Assembly: GCA_030390025.1 (NCBI GenBank) | Contig: CM059425.1 | Span: forward strand, 166,844,001 to 166,908,000 | Direction of reading: 5' to 3' | Origin: Squalus acanthias | Taxonomy: Eukaryota | Length of the DNA stretch: 64,000 bases | Part shown: piece by piece, positions 11,887 through 24,098 of the stretch | Position numbering within the stretch: the stretch's first letter is position 1 | Layout: each line of letters begins with the position of its first letter | The notes under the pieces: model-generated | Database searches by the model: none | What the model was told of the DNA's origin: nothing | Seen by the model: the letters and a program-made list of their open reading frames with translations, nothing else | Program-made: the position numbers and the translations under genes

Positions 11887-13331
11887 TTGATGCCTTCAAT
11901 TTATATATAAAATAAGTTATGTATTGTATTATTAAAATAATAGTTACACCTATCTGACCCATATAATGTTAATATGAGCAGATCATTTTTAGCATTATTT
12001 TCCTTTTTTGTTTGCAAAAAACAATTTTATTGCATACATTTTTAATCCTTTATGTAATCTATGCTGAAATATTCTTCATAACTATCTTCTGTTTTTCCCA
12101 ACACAATATCATTTGCTTTAATGACAGGATTCTGACAGCTGTTTGGCATCAAGTTATGTTTAGTGTGCAGTTTTATGAATACAAAATTGTATGAAACAAA
12201 GTAATTACAGTATATCAAAACACACTGGAGAAAATGGAATTCAGAAAACAATGAAAGGTTATAATAAATTGTTACTGTAGGCAAAACTGAAAGCAATTTG
12301 TTATCATTCACTTTAATCTGCTTGAGAATGGTACAAAAGTTTTGAGTTACACAACATCCAAATATAATAAATTATAAATGTTTATTAGCCCTTTTGGAAA
12401 AGTTTATGGTTTATTCTTTTTAAATCTAATAGTGGGAAATCTGAAAATGTTCAGCAACTGTCATCGCTGATTTGGCTCCTTAAATACAAGAACTACAGCA
12501 GCGATATCATTAAGGCTTTATAGAATTCCCAGTGCAAGCTATCTTCTACCTGCTGTCTTTTGGCTAACTGCCAAAATGGATGCACAGTGTGGTGGGAAAC
12601 AGCTAAAATAATGTTCCAGTTTGACAGCAAGAGCATATCTCCTCAGATAATGAGGCTAACTAGCATTTTCTAAGTGAAAAGGTGCTCGTGTTCAGGCTTT
12701 TTTGCATGTTGTAGTTGAGCTTGGGGGCCTATGGTATTTGTTGTGATGGATTCCTATTAAAATGACAGAATGCGCTCCTTTCAAGAGTTACACAGGGAAA
12801 CTGCAATTCTGTAAGTGTGCGCCAAGCATTTAGCAACTGGTAATATACCACTACTTACAGTTTTGAAACCACCTCTTTGAAACATTTCGGGGAATTGTAA
12901 TAGTAAAGAGCGAGTGGGTTTGGGTTCGGAAGGGTTGGTAAAGTTGGCGGAAATGTCAGCGCACCCGGAAGCTGGCTCCAACTTCTGGGTTTAACTCAGG
13001 TGCATTTCGATGCATTTGCGTCACCCCTCCGGAGAGGCAGGTTACTGCTTCTAATATTTAAATGAGGCACTTTTGACGAGATTTTCACTGGGATTTAAAT
13101 TTAACATGATATGCCCGGGTTTCCCGGCTTCCTGAAACTCGCCATTGAAACAAAGGCGAGAAGACTGAACGGCAATTCATTAAAAGTCAGGCATACAACA
13201 GCAATAAATAGTCAGTGCTCACAACTGCTTACTTACCTCCCTATGGAAAGGGTTTGTTGAGAGTACTTATTTTGAGAGGCTAATTTGTGCAATTTGGAGG
13301 CATTGAGACTCAAGATCAGGATGGGTGGCAC

Positions 13332-16300
13332 TGTGGCGGATCGCCACCTAAACGGGCATTATCCACTTTTCCGTCCGTGGACAATATATCGATGCACCTT
13401 CCCTTTAAGGCACCTTACCTTTAAGGCAGGAGTGGGCGGGGCCTCAGGATTTTTCCAGAGAATTCTGGGAGCAGTCTGTTCAGCCATTTTGTACCATGCA
13501 GTTGCATTAAAGAAGTCTCTTGTTTTACACACATGGATTCAGCCTTAATTCGTGTTTCGTGGCAGCCTCAACATTGGTGACCCCGACGCTCAGAACGTAT
13601 TCCGAGCACTGCAATGGCGGACACGAACGCAGTTACCGTGAAACTGCCGGAGTTTTGGGAAAACCAGCCCGAAGCCTGGTTTCTCCAAGCCGAATCTCGC
13701 TTCTGGCTGCAACGCATCACCACAGATGGGACGAAGTACGACTATCTCGTCACATCACTCGGTAGCGCCACAGTTTCGAAGGTTTGGACAACGCTGCAGA
13801 ACCCACCAGAGGAAGGCAAGTACGCACATCTCAAGACAGCGCTCCTTAAAAAATTTACGGCCTCGGCATATCAGCAAAACTGCCACCTCCTCGACCTTCC
13901 AGGCCTCGGTGATGCCTCACCGTCAGACCTCCTCTCCCACATGCTGTCTCTCACTGATGAGAGCCCACCCGGATCCCTCTTCCGCACGCTGTTCATCCGC
14001 CAGCTCCCTCTCAGCATCCGCCCAGCGATCGTGGCATCCGGCCTCATGAACCTGGAAGCCCTGGCCGATGAGGCCGACAAGCTGCTGTCCGCTCACTCCA
14101 GCCGCGACGTCACTCCGGACCTGGCAGCCAATGCCTGGGTGCGCCCCTCACCGGCCAGCACGCGGCCACAAGGGCCTGCCACCAGGCCCACGGGGCCTTC
14201 ACGCCCCACTAACCCGGGCCACTGTTATTACCACGCACGGTTCGGCGCCAGGGCACAACGGTGCACACCTCCCTGCTCTTTCAAGTCCGCCCCCGTACCA
14301 GCCCCCGCGATGGCCGTGGGCCACGCGGGCTCCCTGCTGTTCGTCACGGAAGACAAAACCAGCCACCGGTTCCTGTGCGACACTGGGGCTCAGCACAGCA
14401 TCATCCCGGCCTCCTCCCTCGACATCCAAAAGGGCGAACGAGGACCGGCGCTGGCTGCTGCTAACGGCTCGGAAATCCGGACGTATGGCACCCGGACAGT
14501 CACCCTCGACCTCGCTGGTCGCCGCTACCGATGGGAGTTCATCACTGCCAAGGTGCTCTCCCCTCTCATCGGCGCAGATTTCCTGTGCGCCCACGGCCTA
14601 CTGGTAGACATCACTCGTCACCGCCTCGTGGACATGAACACCATGTCCCCCATCCTGGGTGCCATGGCCCCCCGTCAACCCGCCGACATGGCGTCACAGT
14701 GCCACGCCCGGGCCACGGATGACTACTCGGCACTCCTGGCCGAATTCCCGGCCCTTACCAATCCAAACTTCTCCGCGGAGGCCGACAAACACGGGGTGGA
14801 ACACTTCATCCCCACCACAGGCCCCCCAGTGTACGCCCACGCCCGCAGGCTGGACCCGGCCAAACTGGAGATCGCGCGGACCGAGTTTGCCACCATGGAA
14901 CAGCTCGGCATCATCCGCCGCTCCAACAGTCCCTGGGCCTCCCCACTCCACATCGCCCCCAAACCAGGCGGAGGTTGGCGCCCCTGCGGGGATTACCGCC
15001 GCCTCAACGACGCCACCACCCCTGATCGGTACCCCGTGCCGCACATTCAGGACTTCTCGGCTAGACTGGCCGGCCACTCAGTCTTTTCCAAGGTCAACCT
15101 GGTGCGCGGCTACCACCAAGTCCCCGTCCACCCCGCGGACGTCCCCAAGACAGCCGTAATCACCCCCTTCGGCCTGTTCGAGTTCCGGCGGATGCCCTTC
15201 GGCCTCAAAAACGCGGCCCAGGCATTCCAACGGCTCATGGACTCGGTCCTTCGGGACCTGAAGTTCCTGTTCGTCTACCTGGACGACATCCTGGTAGCCA
15301 GTTCCTCCAAGCAGGAACACCTCGAACACCTTCGCATCCTGTTCGGGCGCCTCAGCGACCACGGGCTCATCCTCAGCCCAGCCAAATGCCAGTTCGGCCT
15401 GGACAAGATCAACTTCCTCGGCCACCACATCACCCATGCTGGGGCCATTCCCCTGCCCACCAAGGTGCAGGCCGTCCAACAATTTCCCCGCCCCACCACC
15501 ATCAAAGGCCTCCAGGAGTTCCTCAGGATGGTGAATTTCTATAACCGCTTCATCCCCAAAGCGGCATCCCTCATGAGGCCCCTGTATGAAGCCCTCCGGG
15601 GCAGGAGCGGCAAGATGGCGGTCGAATGGATGGCAGACGCGTCCGCCGCCTTCGACTCCACCAAGACCGCGCTTGCCTACGCCACCCTGCTTGCGCACCC
15701 ACGGCCCAATGCCAGGGTAGCGCTCACCACGGACGCATCCGACCACGCGGTTGGCGCCGTGTATGAGCAGTGGGTCGACGGCGCCTGGCAACCACTTGCC
15801 TTCTTCAGCCGCCAACTACGCCCCCCGGAGGTCAAGTACAGCACCTTCGACCGCGAGCTCCTCGTGCTGTTCCTGGCGGTCCGCCATTTCCGGTTTTTGC
15901 TTGAGGGCCACCCCTTCACTGCGTTTGTCGACCACAAGCCCCTGACATTTGCAATGGCAAAGACAACCGACCCCTGGTCCGCCAGGCAGCAGCGCCAGCT
16001 CGCGGCAGTGTCCGAGTTCACCACGGAAATCCAACACGTCTCCGGCCGAGACAATGTGGTAGCCGACTGCCTCTCCCGCCCTGCCATCCACGCCGCACAC
16101 CTGGCAGTCGACTACGCTCAACTCGCAGCAGACCAGATCACCGACCCTGATCTGCTCTCCGCACCCACCAACCTACCAGGGCTACGCCTGGCCGACGTCG
16201 CCTGTGGCCCGACCGCAGTCACGGTCAAGTGCGACATATCCCTATGTCAACCTCGGCCCATCGTCCCAGCGTCCTGGCGCCGCCGGGTATTCGAAATTCT

Positions 16301-17687
16301 CCACAACCTCTCCCACCCCGGCGCCCGCGCATCCATCAAATTGGTAGCCAACCGCTTCGTCTGGCGCGGCCTTCGCAAGGATGTGCGTACTTGGGCCAAC
16401 TCCTGCCTAGCCTGCCAACGGGCCAAGGTACAGCAACACACAAAAGCACCCCTCGAGGAGTTTACCGTCCCCTCGCGGAGATTCGACCACATCCACGTGG
16501 ACATCGTCGGGCCCCTGCCGCCGTCGCAAGGCCACACGCACTTGCTGACCATCGTTGACCACACCACACGCTGGCCCGAGGCAATTCCACTGACCTCTAC
16601 CACCACCGCCGACATCGCCAGAGCTTTCGTCAGCACCTGGGTCGCACGGTTCAGCGTCCCCGCCGACATGACGTCGGACAGAGGTCCGCAATTTACCTCT
16701 GAACTCTGGACCGCCGTCGCACGCAATCTCGGGGTGACCATTCACCGCACCACAGTGTACCACCCCCAAGCCAACGGACTGTGTGAGCGGTTCCACAGAT
16801 CCTTGAAGGCATCTCTTCGAGCCAGCCTCCAGGACGGCGCCTGCACCGACCGACTTCCGTGGGTCCTCCTCGGCCTGCGCACCGCGGTTAAAGAAGACCT
16901 CCACGCATCGGCAGCAGAGCTCGTGTACGGTCAGCCGCTGCGCGTACCCGGCGAGTTCCTGCCCACTGCCACGACACCCTGGTCAGCCGACCAGCAACGC
17001 CACGACTTCGCCTCACCGGCGCTGCAGTTCGCCCCGGTGCCCATTGCCCGACACGGCGAATCCACCTCACACGTCCCACTAAGCCTGCACCAGGCACGGT
17101 TTGTTTTCATCCGGCACGACGCCCACCGCGGACCCCTTCAACCCCCGTACGACGGGCCCTACAAGGTGCTACAGGCTGGGGACAAATTTTTCACCCTGCA
17201 AGTGGGCGACAGGACCGAAAAAGTGTCGGTTGACCGACTCAAGCCAGCACACTCGGAGCCCGGTGAGCAGGACCCTGTAGCTCGTCCACCTCCACGCGGC
17301 CGACCTGCCCTCAAGCCGGTTCACCCGGCTGCTCCACGCCCGGCCGTTCCACGTCCACCGGCGTCCTACAAGAGCCGCTCCGGCCGGCCCATCAGACCGC
17401 CGCACCGTCTCGTCCACACCTCCTAAGCGGATTCTGGGCGAGCTGTGTAGCGGATCGCCACCTAAACGGGCATTATCCACTTTTCCGTCCGTGGACAATA
17501 TATCGATGCACCTTCCCTTTAAGGCACCTTACCTTTAAGGCAGGAGTGGGCGGGGCCTCAGGATTTTTCCAGAGAATTCTGGGAGCAGTCTGTTCAGCCA
17601 TTTTGTACCATGCAGTTGCATTAAAGAAGTCTCTTGTTTTACACACATGGATTCAGCCTTAATTCGTGTTTCGCGGCAGCCTCAACA
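13332..17687 (+). mobile_element. Young full-length Ty3/Gypsy LTR retrotransposon, CsRn1-like
   Basis: 242-bp LTRs at 13332-13573 and 17446-17687 with only 2 mismatches. 4-bp TSD GCAC. PBS TGGTGACCCCGACG (13575-13588) complementary to the tRNA-Trp 3' end. CHCC-type Gag finger. Confidence 0.96.
13614..17426 (+). CDS. Single gag-pol polyprotein, 1270 aa (Gag-PR-RT-RNase H-IN)
   Basis: CYYHARFGARAQRCTPPC, LCDTGA, WRPCGDYRRLN, YLDD, LTTDAS, HHCC zinc motif, HVDIVGP / SDRGPQF / NGLCERFH, PPYDGPY. No stop or frameshift. Confidence 0.95.
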   Translation: MADTNAVTVKLPEFWENQPEAWFLQAESRFWLQRITTDGTKYDYLVTSLGSATVSKVWTTLQNPPEEGKYAHLKTALLKKFTASAYQQNCHLLDLPGLGDASPSDLLSHMLSLTDESPPGSLFRTLFIRQLPLSIRPAIVASGLMNLEALADEADKLLSAHSSRDVTPDLAANAWVRPSPASTRPQGPATRPTGPSRPTNPGHCYYHARFGARAQRCTPPCSFKSAPVPAPAMAVGHAGSLLFVTEDKTSHRFLCDTGAQHSIIPASSLDIQKGERGPALAAANGSEIRTYGTRTVTLDLAGRRYRWEFITAKVLSPLIGADFLCAHGLLVDITRHRLVDMNTMSPILGAMAPRQPADMASQCHARATDDYSALLAEFPALTNPNFSAEADKHGVEHFIPTTGPPVYAHARRLDPAKLEIARTEFATMEQLGIIRRSNSPWASPLHIAPKPGGGWRPCGDYRRLNDATTPDRYPVPHIQDFSARLAGHSVFSKVNLVRGYHQVPVHPADVPKTAVITPFGLFEFRRMPFGLKNAAQAFQRLMDSVLRDLKFLFVYLDDILVASSSKQEHLEHLRILFGRLSDHGLILSPAKCQFGLDKINFLGHHITHAGAIPLPTKVQAVQQFPRPTTIKGLQEFLRMVNFYNRFIPKAASLMRPLYEALRGRSGKMAVEWMADASAAFDSTKTALAYATLLAHPRPNARVALTTDASDHAVGAVYEQWVDGAWQPLAFFSRQLRPPEVKYSTFDRELLVLFLAVRHFRFLLEGHPFTAFVDHKPLTFAMAKTTDPWSARQQRQLAAVSEFTTEIQHVSGRDNVVADCLSRPAIHAAHLAVDYAQLAADQITDPDLLSAPTNLPGLRLADVACGPTAVTVKCDISLCQPRPIVPASWRRRVFEILHNLSHPGARASIKLVANRFVWRGLRKDVRTWANSCLACQRAKVQQHTKAPLEEFTVPSRRFDHIHVDIVGPLPPSQGHTHLLTIVDHTTRWPEAIPLTSTTTADIARAFVSTWVARFSVPADMTSDRGPQFTSELWTAVARNLGVTIHRTTVYHPQANGLCERFHRSLKASLRASLQDGACTDRLPWVLLGLRTAVKEDLHASAAELVYGQPLRVPGEFLPTATTPWSADQQRHDFASPALQFAPVPIARHGESTSHVPLSLHQARFVFIRHDAHRGPLQPPYDGPYKVLQAGDKFFTLQVGDRTEKVSVDRLKPAHSEPGEQDPVARPPPRGRPALKPVHPAAPRPAVPRPPASYKSRSGRPIRPPHRLVHTS

Positions 17688-17750
17688 GCACCATGGCTGC
17701 CTTAGATTGCACCTCGCAGGAGGGGCACGATGATCATCAGCAGCAGCAGA

Positions 17751-19286
17751 TACAATTTTGAAAGAGGTGGCTATAGAGATAGTGGATGCATTGGTTGCCA
17801 TCTTCCAAAATTCCGTAGATTCTGGAACGGTTCCCACGGATTGGAAGGTAGCAAATGTAACCCCACTATTTAAGAAAGGAGGGAGAGAGAAAACAGGGAA
17901 CTACAGACCAGTTAGCCTGACATTAGTAGTAGGGAAAATGCGAGAATCTATTATTAAGGACGTGGTAACAGGGCACTTAGAAAATAATAATAGGATTGGG
18001 CAGAGTCAACACTGATTTATGAAAGGGAAATCATGTTTGACGAATCTGTTGGAGTTTTTTGAGGCTGCAACTAGTAGAATAGATAAGGGGGAACCAGTGG
18101 TGTATTTGGATTTTCAGAAAGCATTCGATAAGGTGCCACACAAGAGGTTACTAAACAAAATTAGGGCTCAAGGGATTGGGGATAATATACTAGTATGGAT
18201 TGAGGATTGGTTAACGGACAGAAAACAGAAAGTAGGAATAAACGGGTCATTTTCGAATTGGCAGGCTGTAACTAGTGGGGTACCGCAAGGATCAGTGCTT
18301 GGGCCTCAGCTATTCACAATCTATATAAATGATTTGGATGAGGGGACCAAATGTAAAATATCCAAGTTTGCTGATGATACCAAGCTGGGTGGGAATGTAA
18401 GTTGTGAGGAGGATGCAAGGAGGCTTCATGGGGATACAGACAGGCTAAGTGAGTGGGCAAGAAAATGGCAAATGGAATATAATGTGGAAAAATGTGAAGT
18501 TATCCACTTTGGTAGGAAAAATATAAAAGCAGAGTATTTTTAAATGGTGAGAGATTGGGAAATGTTGGTGTTCAGAGGGACCTGGGTGACCTTGTACATG
18601 AATCACTGAAAGTTAACATGCAGGTACAGCAAGCAATTCGGAAAGCAAATGGTATGCTGGCCTTTATTACAAGAGAATTTGAGTATAAGAGTAAAGACGT
18701 CTTACTGCAATTATATAGGGCCCTGGTGAGACAACACGGTTTTGTTCTCCTTACCTAAGGAAGGATATACTTGCCATAGAGGGAGTGCAACGAAGGTTCA
18801 CCAGACTGATTCCTGGGATGGGGGGATGGTCCTATGATGAGAGATTGAGTAGACTAGGCCTATATTCTTTAGAGTTTAGAAGAATGAGAGATGATCTCAT
18901 TGAAACATACAAAATTCTTACAGGGCTTGACAGGGTAGATGCAGGGAGGATGGATCCCCTGGCTGGGGAGTCTGGAACCAGGGGTCACAGTCTCAGAATA
19001 AGGGGTCGGCTATTTAGGACTGAGATAAGGAGAAATTTCTTCACTCAGACGGTGGTGAATCTTTGGAATTCTCTACTCCAGAGGGCTGTGCAGATTCAGT
19101 CGTTGAGTATATTCAAGACAGAGAGCGATAGATTTTTAGATATTAACGGAATCAAGGGATATGGGGATAGTGCAGGAAAGTGGAGATGAGGTAGAAGATC
19201 AGCCTTGATCTTATTGAATGGCGGAGCAGGCTCGATGGGCCGAATGGCCTACTCCTGCTCCTATCTCTTATGTTCTTATGTTCTTA
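17751..19286 (+). mobile_element. CR1 LINE, 5'-truncated, with stops and frameshifts
   Basis: RT fragments 17758-19189, conserved 3' stem-loop and (TTCTTATG)n tail. Confidence 0.92.
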
Positions 19287-20290
19287 TACTGCTATGGAGA
19301 GTCCTGTAAGCGGTCAGCAGAGAGGGGAGCAGCAGAGAGTGGAGCAGCAGAGGGCTCGAAGTCACAGGAGGCGCTATTTGTGTAACAGGGTGTCCAGGCA
19401 GATTCTCAGCTCCCTTGACCTCTTGGAAGAGCAGTGCTTTTGGAGGCTGAGATTGTCATGTCAGGTGGTGGCAGACGTCTGGAGCCTCCTAGAAGAAGAC
19501 CTGCTTCTTGCTGGACCTGCTGGCCACGCATTATCAGTGGCTGTCAAAGTGACCACCGGCCTCAACTTTTTTGCCTTCGGATCCTTCCAGGGGACTGTCG
19601 GAGATATATCCAGGATCTCCCAGTCGACTGCATATATATGCATAAGGCAGGCCACTGATGGATTGTTTGCCAGGGTTGTCAATTATGTCAACTTCCCCTG
19701 TGATGCCATTAGTCAGAATGAGCGGGCGCTCAGCTTTGTGTCTCTAGCTGGCTTCCCACAGGTGCAGGGTGTCATTGACTGCACACCCGTGGCAATCCGG
19801 CCCCCCAATATGAGCCAGGAGTATTTGCAAGGGATTCCAAAGAAAAGGTTTATGCAAGTGTGTGCCAGATTCCCGCGGAGCTGCCACAAAGCTTTCATCG
19901 TACGGCAGGCCAAGCTTCCCGACCTCTTTGGACCTGCAAGCAGACTTAAGGGGAGGCTGCTAGGCGACAAAGGATGCCCACTTCAAACTTGGCTGATGAC
20001 TCCTGTCAGAAACCCCACCAATGAAGCCCAAGAGCGATACAACGACAGCCACATGATCACCAAGTGTGCAATTGAGCAACCGATCGGCATGCTCAAGATG
20101 TGCTTCAGGTGCCTGACCAGATCATGAGGCGCCCTTCCATACTCTCCAGAATGATACTGGTGTGCTGTGCTCTGCACAACATTGCACAGCAGCCAGGATT
20201 GGAGCTGCAGGAGGAACAAGGCGCTGAGCGCATATCGCCCGTGGACGAATCCTTTAAAGAAGAGGTGGAGGACGAAGAGGATGAGTAGGA
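19287..20290 (+). pseudogene. Harbinger DDE transposase (HARBI1-like), decayed
   Basis: LNFFAFGSFQ, GFPQVQGVIDCT, LLGDKG, WLMTP, AIEQ..G.LK..FRCL, CCALHNIA motifs and an acidic tail. Confidence 0.88.
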
Positions 20291-20745
20291 GGCGAAGGAT
20301 GAAGGTGGCTCCCCCAATGCAGCACCAGCCGCTCACATTGCTGCCCAGCATGCCAGGTATTCCCATGTAAGGTTATGTTAGTCACTACCACTGGACCGAT
20401 GCAACAATCACATCCAACACCCACTCACCCCCCCTGCTACCCCCAATCCCACTGACACAAAGCAGTCCTGTAACCAACTATCCACTCATTGCCCGTCCTC
20501 CCATTGGTCCTCATCAGTTCATGTCTTCCCATTCATCAACAAGCCACATGTCTAATATAGCTACTGTATCATCAACTTTCTATAGTTATTAATGCTTCTA
20601 ACTCTCCAATTTTGTTTTGAATGCTTTGTGCATTCACATCCATACCACTCAATCTTGACTCCAATTGTTTTTGGAACATTGTATTATTTTTCCTGATTTT
20701 CTCATCTAATTTTTTATGTCCCTCGCCCCTTCTACAATAATGTTA

Positions 20746-21773
20746 GGGTAAAGTAGCATAGTGGTTATGTTACTGGACTGGTAATCCAGAGACCTGGACT
20801 AATGATCTGGAGACGTGAGTTCAAATCCCACCATGGCAGCTGGGGAATTTAAATTTAGTTATTTAAATAAATCTGGAATAAAAAGCTGGTATCAGTAATG
20901 GTGATCGTGAAACTGCCGGATTGTCGTAAAAACACATCTGGTTCACTAATGTCCTTTAAGGAAGGAAATCTGCCGTCCTTACCTGGTCTGGCCTATATGT
21001 GACTCCAGATCCACAGCAATGTGGTTGACTCTTAACTGCCATCTGAAATGGCCTAGCAAGCCACTCAGTTGTACCAAACCGCTATGAAAAACAATAAGAA
21101 GAATAAAACTGGATGGACCATCTGGCACTGGCTTCGGACATGACTAAGGCATACCTAGGCCTGTCGACCCTGCAAAGTGCTCCTCACTATCATCTGGGGA
21201 CGTGTGCCAAAATTGGGAGAGCTGTCCCATAGACTAGTCATACTCACAGAATCAAACCTTTCAGCCAATGTCCCAGAGTTTGAGGGAATACTTGCCACTT
21301 GCCTGGATGAGTGCAGCTCCAACAACACTCAAGAAGCTCAACACCATCCAGGACAAAGCAGCCCATCCACCACCTGAAAAAATCACTCCCTCCACCACCA
21401 GCTACAGTTTGTACCATCTACAAGATGCACTGCAGAAACTCGCCAAGGCTTCTTCGATAGCACCTCCCAAACCCACGACCTCTACCACCTAGAAGGACAA
21501 GGGCAGCAGGTGCATGGGAACACTATCATCTCCAAGTTCCCCTTCAAGTCACACAACATCCTGACTTGGAAATATATTGCTTTTCCTTCATCGTCGCTGG
21601 GTCAAAATTCTGGTTCTCACTCCCGAAAAGCATTGTGGAAGTACCTTCACCACACTCACTACAGCGGTTCAAGAAGGAGGCTCACCACCACCTTCTCGAG
21701 GGCAATTCGGGACGGGCAATAAATGCTGGCCTTGCCAGCGACGCCCACTTTCCATGAACAAATAATAAAAAAA
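20746..21773 (+). mobile_element. tRNA-headed, internally deleted LINE derivative (SINE-like)
   Basis: A box 20754-20764 and B box 20817-20828. APE N-terminal remnant (IWGRVPKLGELSHRLVILTES) at about 21177-21260. The 3' part (about 21290-21770) matches the 3' end of the LINE at 24537-25810. A-rich tail. Confidence 0.7.
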
Positions 21774-22391
21774 CAAGTTCCTTTGGGGAGTCTGCCAGTC
21801 TCCCAACATAGCTCCAGTAGAACCCCTCCGCCGGCCGGATAACCGCAGACTCCTGATTTTGCCGTTTGCTGGATTTTCCGACTTGCCTTGTAAGTGGCGG
21901 GACATCCACCCATTTGAATTGGGGTTGTCCTGCTGCAGCACACCAGCACTGAACTGGTGCAATATCGGGTTGCTCTGATGCTGCACCAACCCACAGGTAG
22001 GAGGATGGCGAGCCTGGGCAGGCAGCGCCCTGCAGTATTTTTGTGGAGCCAGGAGGAACGCTCCTGCTCTTTCTGGCTCCACAAAATATAACCCAGAAAC
22101 GTTTCTGGGTCTTTTTTTGAGCAGCCTCCAGCAGTCCCTTTAAGGAACACTAGTTAGACTGCTTAACACCTGCTACAACTAGGCGGAGCATGTGTAGAAC
22201 ACGCTCCACCCATTTGTACCTCGAGATTGCAATCAGGATCCTATGTATGTCACAGTACCCCGATGTGTCTCCCGCCTGATTCCAGCCGGCACCTGAGCTG
22301 CTCTTGTAAAGACCCTGGGAAAAATTACGGCAGGCGAGATCGGAGTAGGAGTCATTTCCACTCATGGACCAAGTTAAAAGCGGTAAATATT

Positions 22392-22762
22392 GGGCCGGAT
22401 ATTCCGATCCCTACAGGTGGGTACGCGCTGTGTACCCAACCTTAGGGACGTCGGAAATGCTGGTTTCAGGCATGCACTGCGCATGCGCTGGAAACCAGCA
22501 TTTCCGATCTGTCAAGAAAGCTCTTCCTGTCAAATGTATGAAGGGAGATTCCCTTCTTTGATTGGTTCCCCATGGCCCACGTGATCCCAGGGACGCTGCA
22601 AACTACCTGCACCTCTGGGATACGTGGGCCCTGCACACCGGCAGTTTGGAGAGGCCCAGCATCGGAATTGTGCGCGTCGCGGGAGCCCTCAGGTAAGGGC
22701 GCAGATTTTTCCAGATCGCAGGCCTCCACCCGCGGGAGGACTGCGATCGGAATATCTGGGCC
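22392..22762. mobile_element. MITE (Harbinger-like) with an internal palindrome
   Basis: TIR GGGCCGGATATTCCGATC / GATCGGAATATCTGGGCC, 3-bp TSD ATT. Confidence 0.8.
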
Positions 22763-23649
22763 ATTATCACCTCACACATTGCTCCACGGTGAGGCTAAGC
22801 TAGCTCTGTTGCCATGGTAGACATGCAGCCTGGGGTAGTAGTAAATGCTGGTTGTCCTCCTGCTATGACTTCAGCCTCCCCTGAAACGCTTCTGCTGCTG
22901 ATTGTCCTCCAATGCCACTAAGTGGATTGAAACAACTGAGTCTCTAGCGCTGCTACATACTGGACTTCTGCTGACTCTCCTGGCTACTTTCATGCCCTCT
23001 TTATAGCAGACGTTATTAATGCAATCTGGGGAGGAAGGCAAACTGGAGTAAATTTACAAGTTGCTCAACATTCCAAGAATAAAATAAATACTGTGTGAGT
23101 TAATGTACATCAACCTAGTTTGTTCCTGGGAGGAAGTTTGGGAGTACGGGCAAAGGTGTGCTATGCACTGATAACGCGAACAGACCAAATTACTATACAT
23201 TAACACCCGTTTAGTTCATACATTAGCTCTAATGCACAGAGTAAATTTATCCTGTTAACATGTAAGATCAGTAATATTAGCAGAAGCTTGAGAGGATATT
23301 TGGCTGGCAATGACTGCTCATAGGGATTAACAACAGATGGGAATGCAGCCTCTGGCATTGGTTAATGAGCTTGAATTTAACGGAGTTACCAAACATTGCC
23401 TAGCCCCCTACTAATGTTGATATTTATATAATGACTTATGAATTTCTTCTATTGACTGTGAATGCATTCCACCAAAAGATTAATTTACTGCTTTATAATT
23501 TGCTTCTCTGCAGGAATCCTTAACCTGAAGGATATTTACAATTGTTGAATTCAATGTCAATAAAAATCATTCTAGCTTGGAATCAATAGGCACTGCAAAT
23601 TAACACAGGCTCATGTAACGTAACACAGTCAGCCCAGATCTTATCCTCG

Positions 23650-24098
23650 GGGAGGAGATGGTGGTTAGGGGAGGGGGGGGGGTCCGATCGCGGGGTGGGG
23701 GGGGTGGAGCAGGCAGATCGCGGCAGGGGATGGGGGTTTACTGGAGGAAACACTCCTGCTCCTCCTAGCCCACAAGCAGTGCTGTAAAGGCACTCACCTC
23801 ATGGATTCAGCCTTTCTCGCCTCCTTTAACCTGCCGGGTTTCCTGAGGCCAGGGAATCCTGGCCAACTGTGGTTAAAAATAGCACCACTGTTAAAATGAC
23901 AGCATGCAGCCTCATTAAAATATTTCAATGACCAACCCACCTCCCATGAGCGGATTGGTCACCACCCCTCGTCCCACCTCTGTTAAAACCAGAAGTGGGC
24001 GGGTTTGAGGCAGGTTGGGTTCCTGTTTCAGATTTTTAGTTTTTTAACCTCCCACCCAAACCAAATCCACCCATTTTTGGGAGTTAAAACTCCACCCC
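23650..24098. mobile_element. Right part of a Harbinger-like non-autonomous element
   Basis: Ends GTTAAAACTCCACCCC. Resembles the reverse complement of the left part of 25872-28129. Confidence 0.45.

Larger units (their letters stand above)
12889..20545 (+). mobile_element. PIF/Harbinger transposon remnant interrupted by a Gypsy element and a CR1
   Basis: GGGGAATT-type left end. Probable transposase start ATGGGTGGCAC/CATGG at 13321 is split by the Gypsy insertion (TSD GCAC). The transposase continues at 17688-17750 and 19287-20290. Right end not found. Confidence 0.6.

Noticed and set aside
13726..17498. Many overlapping and antisense ORFs within the Gypsy ORF
   Set aside because: Expected from high GC content. 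No recognisable motifs.
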